DNA of 64,000 bases, taken from an uncultured Chloroflexia bacterium (lineage in GTDB: Bacteria > Chloroflexota > Chloroflexia > QHBQ01 > JADMIH01). Every line of letters starts with the position of its first letter. The first letter of the stretch is position 1. The notes beneath the pieces were generated by a model. That model was not told the DNA's origin, did no database searches, and saw only the letters and a program-made list of their open reading frames with translations. The position numbers were made by a program, and so were the translations under genes. Where the stretch lies: assembly GCA_963797095.1 (NCBI GenBank), contig CAWCNY010000005.1, forward strand, positions 681,507-745,506, written 5' to 3'. This document shows, piece by piece, positions 1 to 9,907 of this stretch.

Positions 1-609
1 TCGTCGCCAAACAACCCGACGGGGAGCGTGACCAACCACAGCGCGATCATCAGGCTGTTGCAGACAGGGGTATGGGTGCTGGTGGACGAGAGCTACTTCG
101 AGTTCTGCGACCGCACTGTCGCGCCTTTTGTGACGGAGTTCGACAACCTGGTGGTGTTGAGGTCGTTCGGGCCGTGGGCGGGGCTGCACGGGCTGCCGGT
201 GGGGTATGCGCTGGCGTCGAACCGGGTGGTGGCGCGATTGCAGAGGCTGGCGACACCGGGGGGATTGAACAGCGCGGCTCAATTGGCTGGGATCGCTTCG
301 TTGCAGGATAGGGAGAATTTGCTGGGGAGAGTGCGTAGATTGAGGCTGGAGAGGGGAAGGTTGTTCAGGCAGTTGAGGAAGCTGAACCTGGTGCAGCCTT
401 ATTCGTCGGGTGCGAATTTTATGCTGTGCAGCGTGTTACGGGGGCAGGCTCTGATGATACAAAGGCATTTGCAGGAGGACGGCATCCTGGTGAAGTCGAT
501 TGCCGATAGGTGGCTGCCAAACCACCTGCGGATAGGGGTGGGCAGGCCGGACGACACAAGCGCGCTGATCGCGGCGCTGAAGAAGCTGGCGGGGCAGGAG
601 AGGATATAG
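1..609 (+). CDS. HisC-like class I/II PLP aminotransferase-fold protein (5' truncated by the window; catalytic Lys absent)
   Basis: Frame 1 is open from base 1: SPNNPTG, VDESY, LRSFGPWAGLHGLPVGY, ANFML, LRIGVG match histidinol-phosphate aminotransferase motifs. Confidence 0.8.
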   Translation, partial: SSPNNPTGSVTNHSAIIRLLQTGVWVLVDESYFEFCDRTVAPFVTEFDNLVVLRSFGPWAGLHGLPVGYALASNRVVARLQRLATPGGLNSAAQLAGIASLQDRENLLGRVRRLRLERGRLFRQLRKLNLVQPYSSGANFMLCSVLRGQALMIQRHLQEDGILVKSIADRWLPNHLRIGVGRPDDTSALIAALKKLAGQERI

Positions 610-610
610 G

Positions 611-715
611 GTGACGAGTAACGAGTAACGAGTGATTACTTCGTACTGCGTACTGCGTATTGCTTACTCCGTCACTCGTCACTCGTCACTCGTCACTCGT
701 CACTCGTCACTCGTT
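611..715. repeat. Palindromic array of 7-nt tandem repeats (GTGACGA...TACTGCG...GTCACTC x6)
   Basis: Seen directly; the left GTGACGA-type units are the reverse complement of the right TCGTCAC units. Confidence 0.9.
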
Positions 716-725
716 ATGAACTAAC

Positions 726-1637
726 ATGAGTATTGTGCTCGCTTATCTGGTGGCCGGGGTGATCGGGTATTTGGGTTACCGGGCGAGGGCGCTTACTTGG
801 GATGGGGCGGTGGCGGCTTGCCTGGTTGGTGGGACGATCTTCGGGTTCGGGGGCTTGGGGTGGGCGCTGCTGCTGGTGGTGTTCTTTGTGTCTTCTAGCG
901 CGCTGTCGTTTGTGGGTGGGAAGGATTCGCGGAAGAGGCAGGCGGCGGCCATGTTCGAGAAAGGCGGGCGGCGGGATGCGTGGCAGGTGGCTGCGAACGG
1001 CGGGGTGGCGGCTTTAGCGGCTTTGGGGGCGGGGATTGCTCGTGAGGCGCTTGCGAGTAGCGACCAGCAGATAGACATAGTCATTTCATGTTATTACTTG
1101 TTCGTAGGGGCATTGGCGGCGGCCACTGCCGATACCTGGGCCACTGAGGTAGGTGTGTTGAGCCAAACGGACCCCAGGCTGGTGACAACCGGGAAGAAAG
1201 TGCCGACAGGCACGTCAGGTGGGGTGACGGTTCTTGGGAGCGGGGCTGCGCTGGTGGGAGCCGGGCTGATCGGGCTGGCGGCAATAGTCATAGTGACCGT
1301 GGGACCTGATCCTTTCTCAATACCGGGCCATTTGATCGGCATCCGGTATTGGATATTGTTGCCGGTGGCGCTCGTGGGTGGATTGGGTGGGATGCTAGTC
1401 GATAGCTTGCTTGGTGCTACAGTGCAGGCTCAGTATATATGCCCGGCATGCAATAAGCCGACGGAGAGCAGAGTGCACAGGTGTGGAACGAAGACTACGC
1501 CGGTACGCGGCTTGCGTTGGGTCAATAATGATGTGGTGAATCTGGCAGGTACTGCGATAGGGGCAGTAGCGGGTGTATTGGTAGTGGGCATCATGCCGAT
1601 GGTAGAGGGTCCGATTATGGACTTCATAAGCAGGTAA
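726..1637 (+). CDS. DUF92 (TMEM19-like) integral membrane protein
   Basis: RDAWQVAANGG, ADTWATEVG, GTSGGVT, DSLLGATVQ and NNDVVN motifs; several hydrophobic segments. Confidence 0.9.
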   Translation: MSIVLAYLVAGVIGYLGYRARALTWDGAVAACLVGGTIFGFGGLGWALLLVVFFVSSSALSFVGGKDSRKRQAAAMFEKGGRRDAWQVAANGGVAALAALGAGIAREALASSDQQIDIVISCYYLFVGALAAATADTWATEVGVLSQTDPRLVTTGKKVPTGTSGGVTVLGSGAALVGAGLIGLAAIVIVTVGPDPFSIPGHLIGIRYWILLPVALVGGLGGMLVDSLLGATVQAQYICPACNKPTESRVHRCGTKTTPVRGLRWVNNDVVNLAGTAIGAVAGVLVVGIMPMVEGPIMDFISR

Positions 1638-1686
1638 TTGTGTATAATTGAGTGCAATCTGTAGTCAGTTTGAGCAGGAGAAGCAT

Positions 1687-2205
1687 ATGGACGATATGAC
1701 GAGCAACAATATGGAGGGCGCTTCGGGGCGCTCAGAAGCAGAGATGGCCTGGGACGCGGAGTTCGCGAATATGGAGGAACCTTCGGGGGGAGGGCTTACG
1801 GGCACACTGGATGGCGTGGCTAAATTGCTGATTAAGCTGCCTGCCGCGCTGGTGCAGCTCCCCATGGCGATCCTGCCGGAGGATACTCAGAAGCACGCAC
1901 GGGCGGCACTTTTGGAAAGCTTCCTGGCGGTAAGGTCGCTTTTGAGCGCGGTGGGAGATGGGATCGAAGGGGCATTGAGCGATTCCGGGCAGAAGAAGGC
2001 GACATACAAAGGCCCGCAGGGGACCTGGGGTGCGGGGCGATACAGCGGCTCAAGCAGGCCGCCGGGCAAGGTGCAGAGGATCGAGGTACAGGACGAGGTG
2101 AGCGAGGCCGGGGGCGGAGATGGATCGGGCACGCGCATCACGATCGATGACCTGGCCGACTCCAATGAGGAAGGGCGGGGGTTGCGGGCGGATATTGATT
2201 ATTGA
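1687..2205 (+). CDS. Hypothetical protein
   Basis: AGGAG RBS before ATG 1687; coherent ORF; no recognisable motif. Confidence 0.7.
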   Translation: MDDMTSNNMEGASGRSEAEMAWDAEFANMEEPSGGGLTGTLDGVAKLLIKLPAALVQLPMAILPEDTQKHARAALLESFLAVRSLLSAVGDGIEGALSDSGQKKATYKGPQGTWGAGRYSGSSRPPGKVQRIEVQDEVSEAGGGDGSGTRITIDDLADSNEEGRGLRADIDY

Positions 2206-2241
2206 GGACGAGTGACGAGTGACGAGTGGTGAGTGGCGAGT
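2206..2241. repeat. 7-nt tandem repeat (AGTGACG family)
   Basis: ggacg agtgacg agtgacg agtggtg agtggcg immediately after a stop codon. Confidence 0.85.
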
Positions 2242-2276
2242 TATTTTGGTTTTGAAGCAATCTTGCTGATTATATG

Positions 2277-2305
2277 AATGGGGGCCGTTGGTGGCCCTCA
2301 TTTTT
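2277..2305 (+). terminator. Intrinsic terminator between convergent genes
   Basis: ATGGGGGCC/GGCCCTCAT stem followed by a T tract. Confidence 0.6.
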
Positions 2306-2322
2306 GTTGGGCGGGGACCCGG

Positions 2323-3735
2323 TTAGCGGGCGTTGGGGGGTGGGATCGGGAAGATCTTACCGGGGTTGAGGAGGTTGTGGGGGTCGAGCGCCCATTTTAT
2401 GCGCTGCTGCATTTCTATGGTGGTGGCGTCGAGGCTTTCGGGCAGGAAATCGCGTTTGAGGGTGCCTATGCCGTGCTCGCCTGAGAGGGTGCCGCCCAGT
2501 TCGACGGCGGCTTCGAGGATCTCGCGGGCGGCGGATTGGACGCGGGCCATCTCTTCGGGGTCGCGCAGGTCGCAGAGGATGTTGGGGTGGAGATTGCCGT
2601 CGCCGATGTGGCCGAAAAGTGGGATGGCCAGGCGGTGGCGCAGGGCGATATCTTCGACGTGGCGCACCATAGCGGGGATCTGGGCGCGTGGGACGGAGAT
2701 GTCTTCGCCGAATTTGTTGGGCTTGAGGCGGGAGACGGCGGGAGAGACGGCGCGTCGGGCTGCCCAGAGGGCGTCACTCTCGGATTGGGTGGCGGCCTGC
2801 CGCACGTCTAGCGCCCCGCTTTGCTTGCAGAGAATGGCTATACGGGCGAGTTCGTCATCTACCACACGGCGGTCGGAGCCATCCTGGTCTATGAGGAGGA
2901 TGGTTTCGGCATCGAGTGGGAGGCCGAAGTCTTTGTAGGCCATGACGGAGCGGATGGAGGCGTTATCCATCATTTCGAGGGCGAGTGGGAGGATACCCGC
3001 GAGGAGGATGCGATTGACGGTGTCGGCGGCATCATCGAGACGTGAGAAGATTGCCATGACGGTGCCCCGGTGGGGCGGTTTGGGGATTAGGCGGAGAGTG
3101 ATTTCGGTGATGATGCCGAGGGTGCCCTCGGAGCCTGTGAATAGCTGGGTGAGGTTGTAGCCGGTCTGGACTTTGATCATTTTGCCGCCGGTGCGGATGA
3201 TACGGCCACCGGCGAGCACCACTTGAAGGGCGAGGACGTAGTCGCGAGTGGTGCCGTATTTGAGGCAGCGTGGGCCTCCGGCAGAGGTGGCTACGTTGCC
3301 GCCGATGGTGCACTGGCGCAGGGATTGGGGGTCGGGCGGGTAGAAGAGGCCGTGCTTCTCGACTTCGGCCTGGAGATTGGCGGTGACTACACCGGGCTGG
3401 ACGGTGATGGTCATGTTGGCGGTATCGATTTCGAGAACGCGATTCATGCGGGTCAAGTTGATGACTAGACCGCCCTGGGTGGCAAGAGCGCCCCCGGCCA
3501 TGCCCGTGCCACCACCACGCGGGACGATGGGGACGCCGAGGTTGGCGGCGATTTTGACGGCGGTGGAGATCTCTTCGGCGGTGAGAGGGGAAAGGACGGC
3601 GTCTGGCTTACCCAGGGACCAGGTGGCATCGTAGGAGTAAACGGCGAGGTCCTCTGGGGTGGTCTGGACCTGGTCGGGAGGGAACGCGGCGCGTAGCTGG
3701 GCCGCCAGGGTGGTAATGGTCTGCTGTGAGATCAT
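2323..3735 (-). CDS. glcD: FAD-linked oxidase, glycolate oxidase subunit GlcD / D-lactate dehydrogenase family
   Basis: PRGGGTG, FYPPDP, TIGGNVAT, GSEGTLGIITE, GHIGDGNLHP, SGEHGIG, DPHNLLNPGK; start placed at ATG 3735 (MISQQ). Confidence 0.88.
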   Translation of the reverse strand: MISQQTITTLAAQLRAAFPPDQVQTTPEDLAVYSYDATWSLGKPDAVLSPLTAEEISTAVKIAANLGVPIVPRGGGTGMAGGALATQGGLVINLTRMNRVLEIDTANMTITVQPGVVTANLQAEVEKHGLFYPPDPQSLRQCTIGGNVATSAGGPRCLKYGTTRDYVLALQVVLAGGRIIRTGGKMIKVQTGYNLTQLFTGSEGTLGIITEITLRLIPKPPHRGTVMAIFSRLDDAADTVNRILLAGILPLALEMMDNASIRSVMAYKDFGLPLDAETILLIDQDGSDRRVVDDELARIAILCKQSGALDVRQAATQSESDALWAARRAVSPAVSRLKPNKFGEDISVPRAQIPAMVRHVEDIALRHRLAIPLFGHIGDGNLHPNILCDLRDPEEMARVQSAAREILEAAVELGGTLSGEHGIGTLKRDFLPESLDATTIEMQQRIKWALDPHNLLNPGKIFPIPPPNAR

Positions 3736-3996
3736 GAGGATATTGTACTTTAATTGGAACCATAAAGGCACGAAGAGCGCTAGGAGATCACAAAGCTCTT
3801 TAGCCTTGTGCCCGTCCCTATTGATATTCGGTTGGGGAGAGCGGGCACACAGGCGGCCTGGGAGCAAATGGCATTTGGCAAAGCTTGCTAGATTGGGTCT
3901 TGAAGATATTTCCGACGCAAACGATTAGCTCGTAATCGAATCGTGCTCGAATTGAAGAAGCATCCTTACCAGGACAGGGCAGCTTCTTCATCGAGG

Positions 3997-6900
3997 CTAT
4001 CGAAACTGGAGCCCTCGGGTTTGGCAGTCGGGATAGAAGGTGTTGGCTACAATCTTGGAGGTCTGCCCCCTCGTCGCGTTGTTGCCTGGGCGGAAGTAGG
4101 GCAAGCTGTCCGGGCCGCAAGGCTCTCCCACTCCTCCACATAGGTAACCCGACATCACCCCTCGAGATCCTAGCCGCTGGATGAAGTCGTAGAATGGGGA
4201 GGCCGGCTCCACATCCTCGAACAACCGGTCTCCAGGCGGATCGGAGAGGCCCGCGGCATTGGACACTATCTTTGATATCTGACCTCGTGAGGCGTTGCCG
4301 TTAGGCCGGAAGTAAGGCAGACTGGCGGGGCCGCAAGGCTCTCCCACGCCGCCACAGGTATAACCGCTCACATAATCCCGGTCTGATAGTCTCCAGATGT
4401 AGTCGTAGAACGTCGAGCCGGGGGCTACGTCCTGGTACTGCTGCTCGCCCGTAGTTTCGGTGAAGTGCGCCGCATTGGCCACTATCTTAGCAAGCTGCCC
4501 TCTTGTGACATTATTGTTGGGTTTGAAGCACAGGCCGCCCGTCTCGCAGCCAGAGGTATACCCGTTGATGATGCCCCGACAAGCCATGCACCTGACGAAG
4601 CTGTAGAAGGTGCTATCCGAAGGCACGTCCGTGAACTGGATCGCACAGGCTGAAGGGGTTGCGGTAGCTGTGGGAGCGGGAGTGGGAATGGTTGGGCATG
4701 GGTCGTACCGTTCTATCAACGTGCGGCCAATCTCATAGTATCCGCCCGCCCACACACTATTGCCTGATGATACAGCCACTCCATAGAGGGTGGTGTCAAG
4801 TGCGCCCAGATCTGGACTCGGCACTATGCTCCAGGCGCTCCCATCCCAGTGCTCTATCAGCGTGCGTGGGTGAAAGGTGTAGAAGTTGGTGTCGCTGTCA
4901 TAGTAGCCTACAGCCCACACATCGTTGGCTGATACCGCGGCAACGCCGGTCAAGGAGGGCTCTAGCTCGTACAGATCCTCATGGGGAGTGTATACAACGT
5001 TCCATGTGCTCCCATTCCAGCGCTCGACAAAAGTCATCCATTGCTGGTTTTCGGCGGGCATAGGGCTCACCTCAACTAAACGACGCCCCACCGCCCACGC
5101 ATCGGTGCTCGACAACGCATCTACTGCATTGAAGGAACTGGCGAGGGTGACATCGTCTGGAGGATCAGGGCTTGGAACCACACTCCATACGCCCCCACTC
5201 CAGTGTACCGTGAGTGTGTGTGATCCATTGCCGGTGTAGCCTACAGCCCATACATCATTGCTTGATATCGCCGTTACGCCGGTAAGGTAGTTGCTGTGAT
5301 CGCCCACATTTGGGCTGGATGCAACACTCCACGCACTCCCATCCCAGTGCTCGATCAACGTCAGGTCGCGACCAACAGTGCTGTTATGATATCGCCCCAC
5401 CGCCCATGCATCGTTTGCCGAGACCGCCGCTACCCCAGTAAGCGCGGTGTAGCCGGTGCCCGTATCGGGGCCTGGCACCACGCTCCACATGCTCCCATCC
5501 CAATGCATCGTCAGCGTCTTGTATTCGCTCTCTGAAGTGGAATAACGGTAACGCCCTACGGCCCATAGATCATCATTGGAGACCCCCGATACCGCCTGGA
5601 GATAGTTGTCGTATGTGCTCGCGTTGGGACTGGGCACCACACTCCAAGCGCTCCCGTCCCAGTGCTCTATCAATGTTCGGTACGCGCCGACATCGGAATC
5701 GTCATGATATCCGACAGCCCACACATCGTTGGCCGAAACCGCAGTTATTCCCTCGAATGTACCACAATTGCAACCGAAATTGTCGCTTGGCACCACACTC
5801 CATGCACTCCCGTCCCAATGCTCTATCAGCGTCTGATCTCGGTTGGCGCTGCTGTTATGGTACATTCCTGCGGCCCATATATCGCTGCCCGATACGACAG
5901 CCACTCCGCCCAGGTAGCTGCCTGGACCCATATCCGGGCTGGGCATCACGCTCCATGAGAGCCCGTCCCAATGCTCTATCAGCGTCTGGGTCTGAGAATT
6001 GTTGTTGGAGTATGCGCCTACAGCCCACACATCGCTTGCGGATACCGCTCCTACTCCCCTGAGGTAGCCGTATGCGCCCACAGTAGGGCTTGATACTACA
6101 CTCCACGCGCTCCCGTCCCAGTGTATGGCCAGCGGCTGGTGCGTTGCAAGAGTCATTTCACCTACAGCCCACACGTCGTTGCTGGATACCGCAGATACCG
6201 AACTCAACGAGTTCCAGCCTTCTATGATAGGAGTCGGCACTATGCTCCATGCACTCCCATCCCAGTGCATCACCAGCATATTCTCACCGGTGCCAACATA
6301 ACCCACTGCCCAGATGTCGTTGCTTGATATTGCAGCCACATCACCCAGGCCGCTGAACGTGCCTACGCTGGGGCTTGGCACCACGCTCCACTCGCTCCCG
6401 TCCCAGTGCATGGTTAGCGGGCGCGTCGAGCTATCCCTGTACTGGCCTACAGCCCACACATCATTAGCCGATACTACTGCTATTCCACCCAGGTAGCTCT
6501 CACTCCCCATAGTTGGATTTGGCACCGCACTCCACTCGCTCCCGTCCCAGTGCATGGTTAGGGCACGATAAATCGACGGCTCGGTGACGGATAAGCCAAC
6601 AGCCCACACGTCGTTAGCCGATACTCCAGCAACATCAGAAAGGTGATCGATGTCGCCGATAGGTTCGTATGAAACAGCGCTCCAGGTGCTCCCATCCCAA
6701 TACTCCAGTAAGCCCCAATCTCGACCCCAGGCCCACAGATCCTCAGCAGACACTGCTGCTATCCCACTCAGTTGTCCTTCCGGCGGGCCCACGGTCGGGG
6801 TTGGCACGAGGGTCCAGTCGGGTCCGCACTCCGGCGTATACGGCAGATCAAGTACAGGTTGCGCTTTCTCCGCCTGAGCCGAAGCCGAAGTCAGGTTCGC

Positions 6901-7005
6901 AGCGGACGTTGCAGCTGAGCTATTGGCGTTTATGAGCACCAAGCCGATTGCGGTAACAAGGATCGCGATAATCGCGGCGGTGATTTGCAGGGCTTTCGTC
7001 TTCAC
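3997..7005 (-). CDS. Secreted beta-propeller repeat protein with three C-terminal SLH domains
   Basis: Signal peptide; 14 repeats of about 50 aa (AVSANDVWAVG...HWDGSAWS); PT linker; FTDV...FKPNNNVTRGQ-type SLH motif three times. Confidence 0.88.
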   Translation of the reverse strand: MKTKALQITAAIIAILVTAIGLVLINANSSAATSAANLTSASAQAEKAQPVLDLPYTPECGPDWTLVPTPTVGPPEGQLSGIAAVSAEDLWAWGRDWGLLEYWDGSTWSAVSYEPIGDIDHLSDVAGVSANDVWAVGLSVTEPSIYRALTMHWDGSEWSAVPNPTMGSESYLGGIAVVSANDVWAVGQYRDSSTRPLTMHWDGSEWSVVPSPSVGTFSGLGDVAAISSNDIWAVGYVGTGENMLVMHWDGSAWSIVPTPIIEGWNSLSSVSAVSSNDVWAVGEMTLATHQPLAIHWDGSAWSVVSSPTVGAYGYLRGVGAVSASDVWAVGAYSNNNSQTQTLIEHWDGLSWSVMPSPDMGPGSYLGGVAVVSGSDIWAAGMYHNSSANRDQTLIEHWDGSAWSVVPSDNFGCNCGTFEGITAVSANDVWAVGYHDDSDVGAYRTLIEHWDGSAWSVVPSPNASTYDNYLQAVSGVSNDDLWAVGRYRYSTSESEYKTLTMHWDGSMWSVVPGPDTGTGYTALTGVAAVSANDAWAVGRYHNSTVGRDLTLIEHWDGSAWSVASSPNVGDHSNYLTGVTAISSNDVWAVGYTGNGSHTLTVHWSGGVWSVVPSPDPPDDVTLASSFNAVDALSSTDAWAVGRRLVEVSPMPAENQQWMTFVERWNGSTWNVVYTPHEDLYELEPSLTGVAAVSANDVWAVGYYDSDTNFYTFHPRTLIEHWDGSAWSIVPSPDLGALDTTLYGVAVSSGNSVWAGGYYEIGRTLIERYDPCPTIPTPAPTATATPSACAIQFTDVPSDSTFYSFVRCMACRGIINGYTSGCETGGLCFKPNNNVTRGQLAKIVANAAHFTETTGEQQYQDVAPGSTFYDYIWRLSDRDYVSGYTCGGVGEPCGPASLPYFRPNGNASRGQISKIVSNAAGLSDPPGDRLFEDVEPASPFYDFIQRLGSRGVMSGYLCGGVGEPCGPDSLPYFRPGNNATRGQTSKIVANTFYPDCQTRGLQFR

Positions 7006-7021
7006 GGTTTGATCCTTCCCT

Positions 7022-7154
7022 CAGTTCGCTCTCGTCGTCTGACCAAAGACTTTGAGAGACTGCCACAGACGAGCGAAGCCTTCATTTATGTGGCGATGAT
7101 ACGCCTTATGGTTAGGAGATTGGCTCATCATGGATGGTTTTCAGACCCTTTCTC
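7022..7154 (+). mobile_element. IS5-family transposase C-terminal remnant with right end
   Basis: Translates RRLTKDFERLPQTSEAFIYVAMIRLMVRRLA, the typical IS5-family C-terminus, followed by an end-like TTTTCAGACCCTTTCTC. Confidence 0.75.
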
Positions 7155-7322
7155 ATACATTCATACGTCGCACGTCCTCGACGCAGTACAACGTCACATG
7201 GCCCTATTGCTTTTGCGAGAGCCATGTGTGGTGAGAGGTGTTATGTTATGAGCACTTCTACTGTAGCGCACCAGGGTGTAAAGCTGGGTAAATACAGGTG
7301 AATGCCGGGCAAGAAATGCCAG

Positions 7323-7418
7323 CTAAATTGCAGGCACGCCCGGGTTGGCGGCGATCGTGACGGCTGTGGGGATTTCTATTTGGGCCGCCAGGGTGCTATT
7401 GGCCTGCTGTGATATCAT
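7323..7418 (-). pseudogene. Internally deleted copy of the glcD 5' end
   Basis: Encodes MISQQANSTLAAQIEIPTAVTIAANPGVPAI versus GlcD MISQQTITTLAAQ...EEISTAVKIAANLGVPI; upstream GGATATTGT also shared. Confidence 0.8.
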
Positions 7419-7571
7419 GCGGATATTGTGCTGCGCCCAGACGATTCTATTGGTTACCACAGAGACACAGAGACACAGAGGTTATTTTTGGGTTTTGGAA
7501 CACGAAGAAGTGGAGGAGGCGAAGACAGCTTATTTGAATGATATGTTTGAGAGGCGGGTGTAAGTACTTGA

Positions 7572-9020
7572 TCATGCTTCGACTTCGGTGGCGGGCGGCA
7601 GGTTCAAGAGGCCTTCCATCGCATGGAACTCGTACATCTGCATGAGAGCGCGCATCTTGGGGTCCATGTGCTGGTAGAGCGCTTCGGTGAGGCCCTTGCG
7701 GATCTCGGGAGGAAAGAGCTTGGCGAACTTGTTGCTCTCGATGGCGATGAAGAGCTTGTAGTAGTCGAGCAGGGCGGTGGGGTCGATGTTGAGGTCCTGG
7801 TCGGTGAGGCGGATCTTGCCGATGTGCATACGGACCTTGAGGCGATTTTCGCGGGCGAAGCGATTTAGCTCGTACTCGAACTCCATTGCCTTGCGAGAAT
7901 AACCGTACATGACAAGCTTGATGTAGATAGCTTCGACTGTGTATTTGAATAGCTCCATGACGGTCTGCTTGTCGGGCGGGACGGGCTGAACCAGGCTGAG
8001 CTTGGTGAGGCCGTGGAGGAGCTTGGCGGTGTCGAACTGGGTGCGCTGGCGCTTGCGGGCGATGCTCGATACGTCGCTGACACCGTCGACCATCGCCAGG
8101 ACTTCGCGGGCTTCGTCGGAGAGAGGGCCGGTGACGGGGCGTGGGAGGCGGCGGAAAGCCATGAGGACGGAAGGGATGATAGGCGAGATGCGTATCCACT
8201 CGTCAACGCGGCGTGTGCCTTCGATAATGAGCTTTTCGGCGCTGACCGAGACGGGGATTCCATCGGCTTTGACCAGGAGGTCGCCCTGAAAGGTGAAGCG
8301 GCAGTTTCGCCAGAGGAAGAGGGTGTAGATGGTAGTTTCGAGAGTTTGCTCTTCGCACCACTGAAGCTCTTCCTGGGTGGCGAGTTTGTATTTGAGAAGG
8401 ATGGCGGCCTGATCGGGGGTCTGATTGCCGCCGGAGGCGACAGTATAGTCGGGCAGAGTGAAGGAGTCGACGTTGTCTAAATTGCCCATATAGGGGTCGG
8501 TGCGGGTGGAAACGGACATATCGGCGAGGACGCCGCTGTTGAGGACGCGCCTGGACTTGGCAGCGCTCTCGCGAGAGGCACTGGAGCTATTACCGTTGGA
8601 ATGGCTGGAGCCGTTGCTGCTCTCGTGCCCATTGCCGTTGGAGGAGGAGGCAACGACAGCGTGAGGGGCTGTGCTATGGCCGTTGAGAGAGGGGGCACCT
8701 GGCTCGGAGTTGGGTTCCAGGTGTTCGGGGTCCTGCACGCCGAGGGTCTTTTTCCAGTTGGGACCGAGGGTTTGGACCAGTTTCTTGGGCGTGATCTGGC
8801 CGGACTGGAGAAGCATTTCGACAGGCGTGGGGAGGCGAGTGGCCGCCGCTATGTAAGTTATGCGGCCCTGTTCGTAGCAGATGGTGCGGGTGTTCCAACC
8901 CTGGATGAGGGTGAGGGTCCCGGTTTTCTGCGTGAACGATAGAGTTTGAAGAAGGTCGGAAAGGCTGAAGCAGCCAATACGTCCTTGTAGGTCAAAATCG
9001 TCTTTTTCTGTGTTATCCAT
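7572..9020 (-). CDS. DUF4388 (PatA N-terminal-like) domain protein
   Basis: LQGRIGCFSLSDLLQTL...KTGTLTL...GRITYI and LFLW...FTF...LIIEGTRRVDEW; Ser/Asn-rich low-complexity insertion. Confidence 0.8.
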   Translation of the reverse strand: MDNTEKDDFDLQGRIGCFSLSDLLQTLSFTQKTGTLTLIQGWNTRTICYEQGRITYIAAATRLPTPVEMLLQSGQITPKKLVQTLGPNWKKTLGVQDPEHLEPNSEPGAPSLNGHSTAPHAVVASSSNGNGHESSNGSSHSNGNSSSASRESAAKSRRVLNSGVLADMSVSTRTDPYMGNLDNVDSFTLPDYTVASGGNQTPDQAAILLKYKLATQEELQWCEEQTLETTIYTLFLWRNCRFTFQGDLLVKADGIPVSVSAEKLIIEGTRRVDEWIRISPIIPSVLMAFRRLPRPVTGPLSDEAREVLAMVDGVSDVSSIARKRQRTQFDTAKLLHGLTKLSLVQPVPPDKQTVMELFKYTVEAIYIKLVMYGYSRKAMEFEYELNRFARENRLKVRMHIGKIRLTDQDLNIDPTALLDYYKLFIAIESNKFAKLFPPEIRKGLTEALYQHMDPKMRALMQMYEFHAMEGLLNLPPATEVEA

Positions 9021-9215
9021 CGTGCTGCCTAACGCTATGAGCAGAGGCGTGGTATATCCACCCCACAGGCACAGCTGGAGCATGGAGTTTTCCGAATAGC
9101 CTGCGGGTATGGTCTCCCTGCGTATATCTTAGCAAGGTAAGGACGGATGGGGAACGGGAAAATGGTACTACACGTATGCAGACATAGGGGGCAGGACCGG
9201 GGAGTGGCGAGTTGT

Positions 9216-9306
9216 TGGTAGTCGGTAGTCGGTTGCCGGCAGTCGGAGGACCATAGTGGTTCCTGGTTCTGGCAACTGACTGCCGACTACCGACTACCGA
9301 CTACCG
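9216..9306. repeat. Inverted array of 7-nt repeats (GGTAGTC / GACTACC)
   Basis: tggtagtcggtagtcgg ... ccgactaccgactaccgactaccg. Confidence 0.9.
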
Positions 9307-9349
9307 CCTCCGTTGCGTTTGGGGTGCGAATTTCGGTATAGTAAAAATT

Positions 9350-9691
9350 ATGGGAAAGCACGAATTATTAGCACATCGTATCAAGGAATTGCGGCAGGGA
9401 CTTAGTTGGACTCAGCAAGACCTTTCAATCGAGAGTGGGCTGAGCAGGTCTTATATATCCAGGTTGGAGATGGGAGACATCGCTCTGCCATCGAATGAGC
9501 GGTTGAGGGCGCTGTCAAATGCTCTACATACTTCGCTGGACGACCTGCTGCAAGCCGCAGGATTCCTGGATGCGCCATCTCCCGAGAACGGGCTGCCCGA
9601 CCTGAGAACTTATCTTCGGCAACGCTACAGTATTGTTGAGCCGGGTGTGCTCCAGGCGTTTGAGACGCTTGTGAGAGAATTGCAGAAGTAG
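9350..9691 (+). CDS. XRE-family helix-turn-helix transcriptional regulator
   Basis: RIKELRQGLSWTQQDLS...GLSRSYISRLEMG...LSNALHTSLDDLL. Confidence 0.88.
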   Translation: MGKHELLAHRIKELRQGLSWTQQDLSIESGLSRSYISRLEMGDIALPSNERLRALSNALHTSLDDLLQAAGFLDAPSPENGLPDLRTYLRQRYSIVEPGVLQAFETLVRELQK

Positions 9692-9697
9692 AGCCGA

Positions 9698-9770
9698 ACT
9701 GCGTACTGCATATTCTGTATTTCATAATGCATGCTGCATACTGCGTGTTGCGTATGGCATACTGCGTGCT
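9698..9770. repeat. Degenerate 7-nt tandem repeat (TACTGCG/TACTGCA family)
   Basis: About ten degenerate heptamers directly after the XRE stop codon. Confidence 0.75.
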
Positions 9771-9907
9771 CCGTAGAGGTGGTAGTACCATGGTACCCAG
9801 GCACGGTTTGGGGCGTTGGTACTATTGAGCTATTCACGCGTGAACGAGGGGAATGTACAATTAGGTGGAAAGATATAGAGAAGTCGCTGTCATGCTCCTC
9901 CTGGTTC

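Noticed and set aside
4700-6800. Nucleotide repeats as a diversity-generating retroelement
   Set aside because: They are coding propeller blades; there is no reverse transcriptase or adenine-specific template/variable repeat pair.
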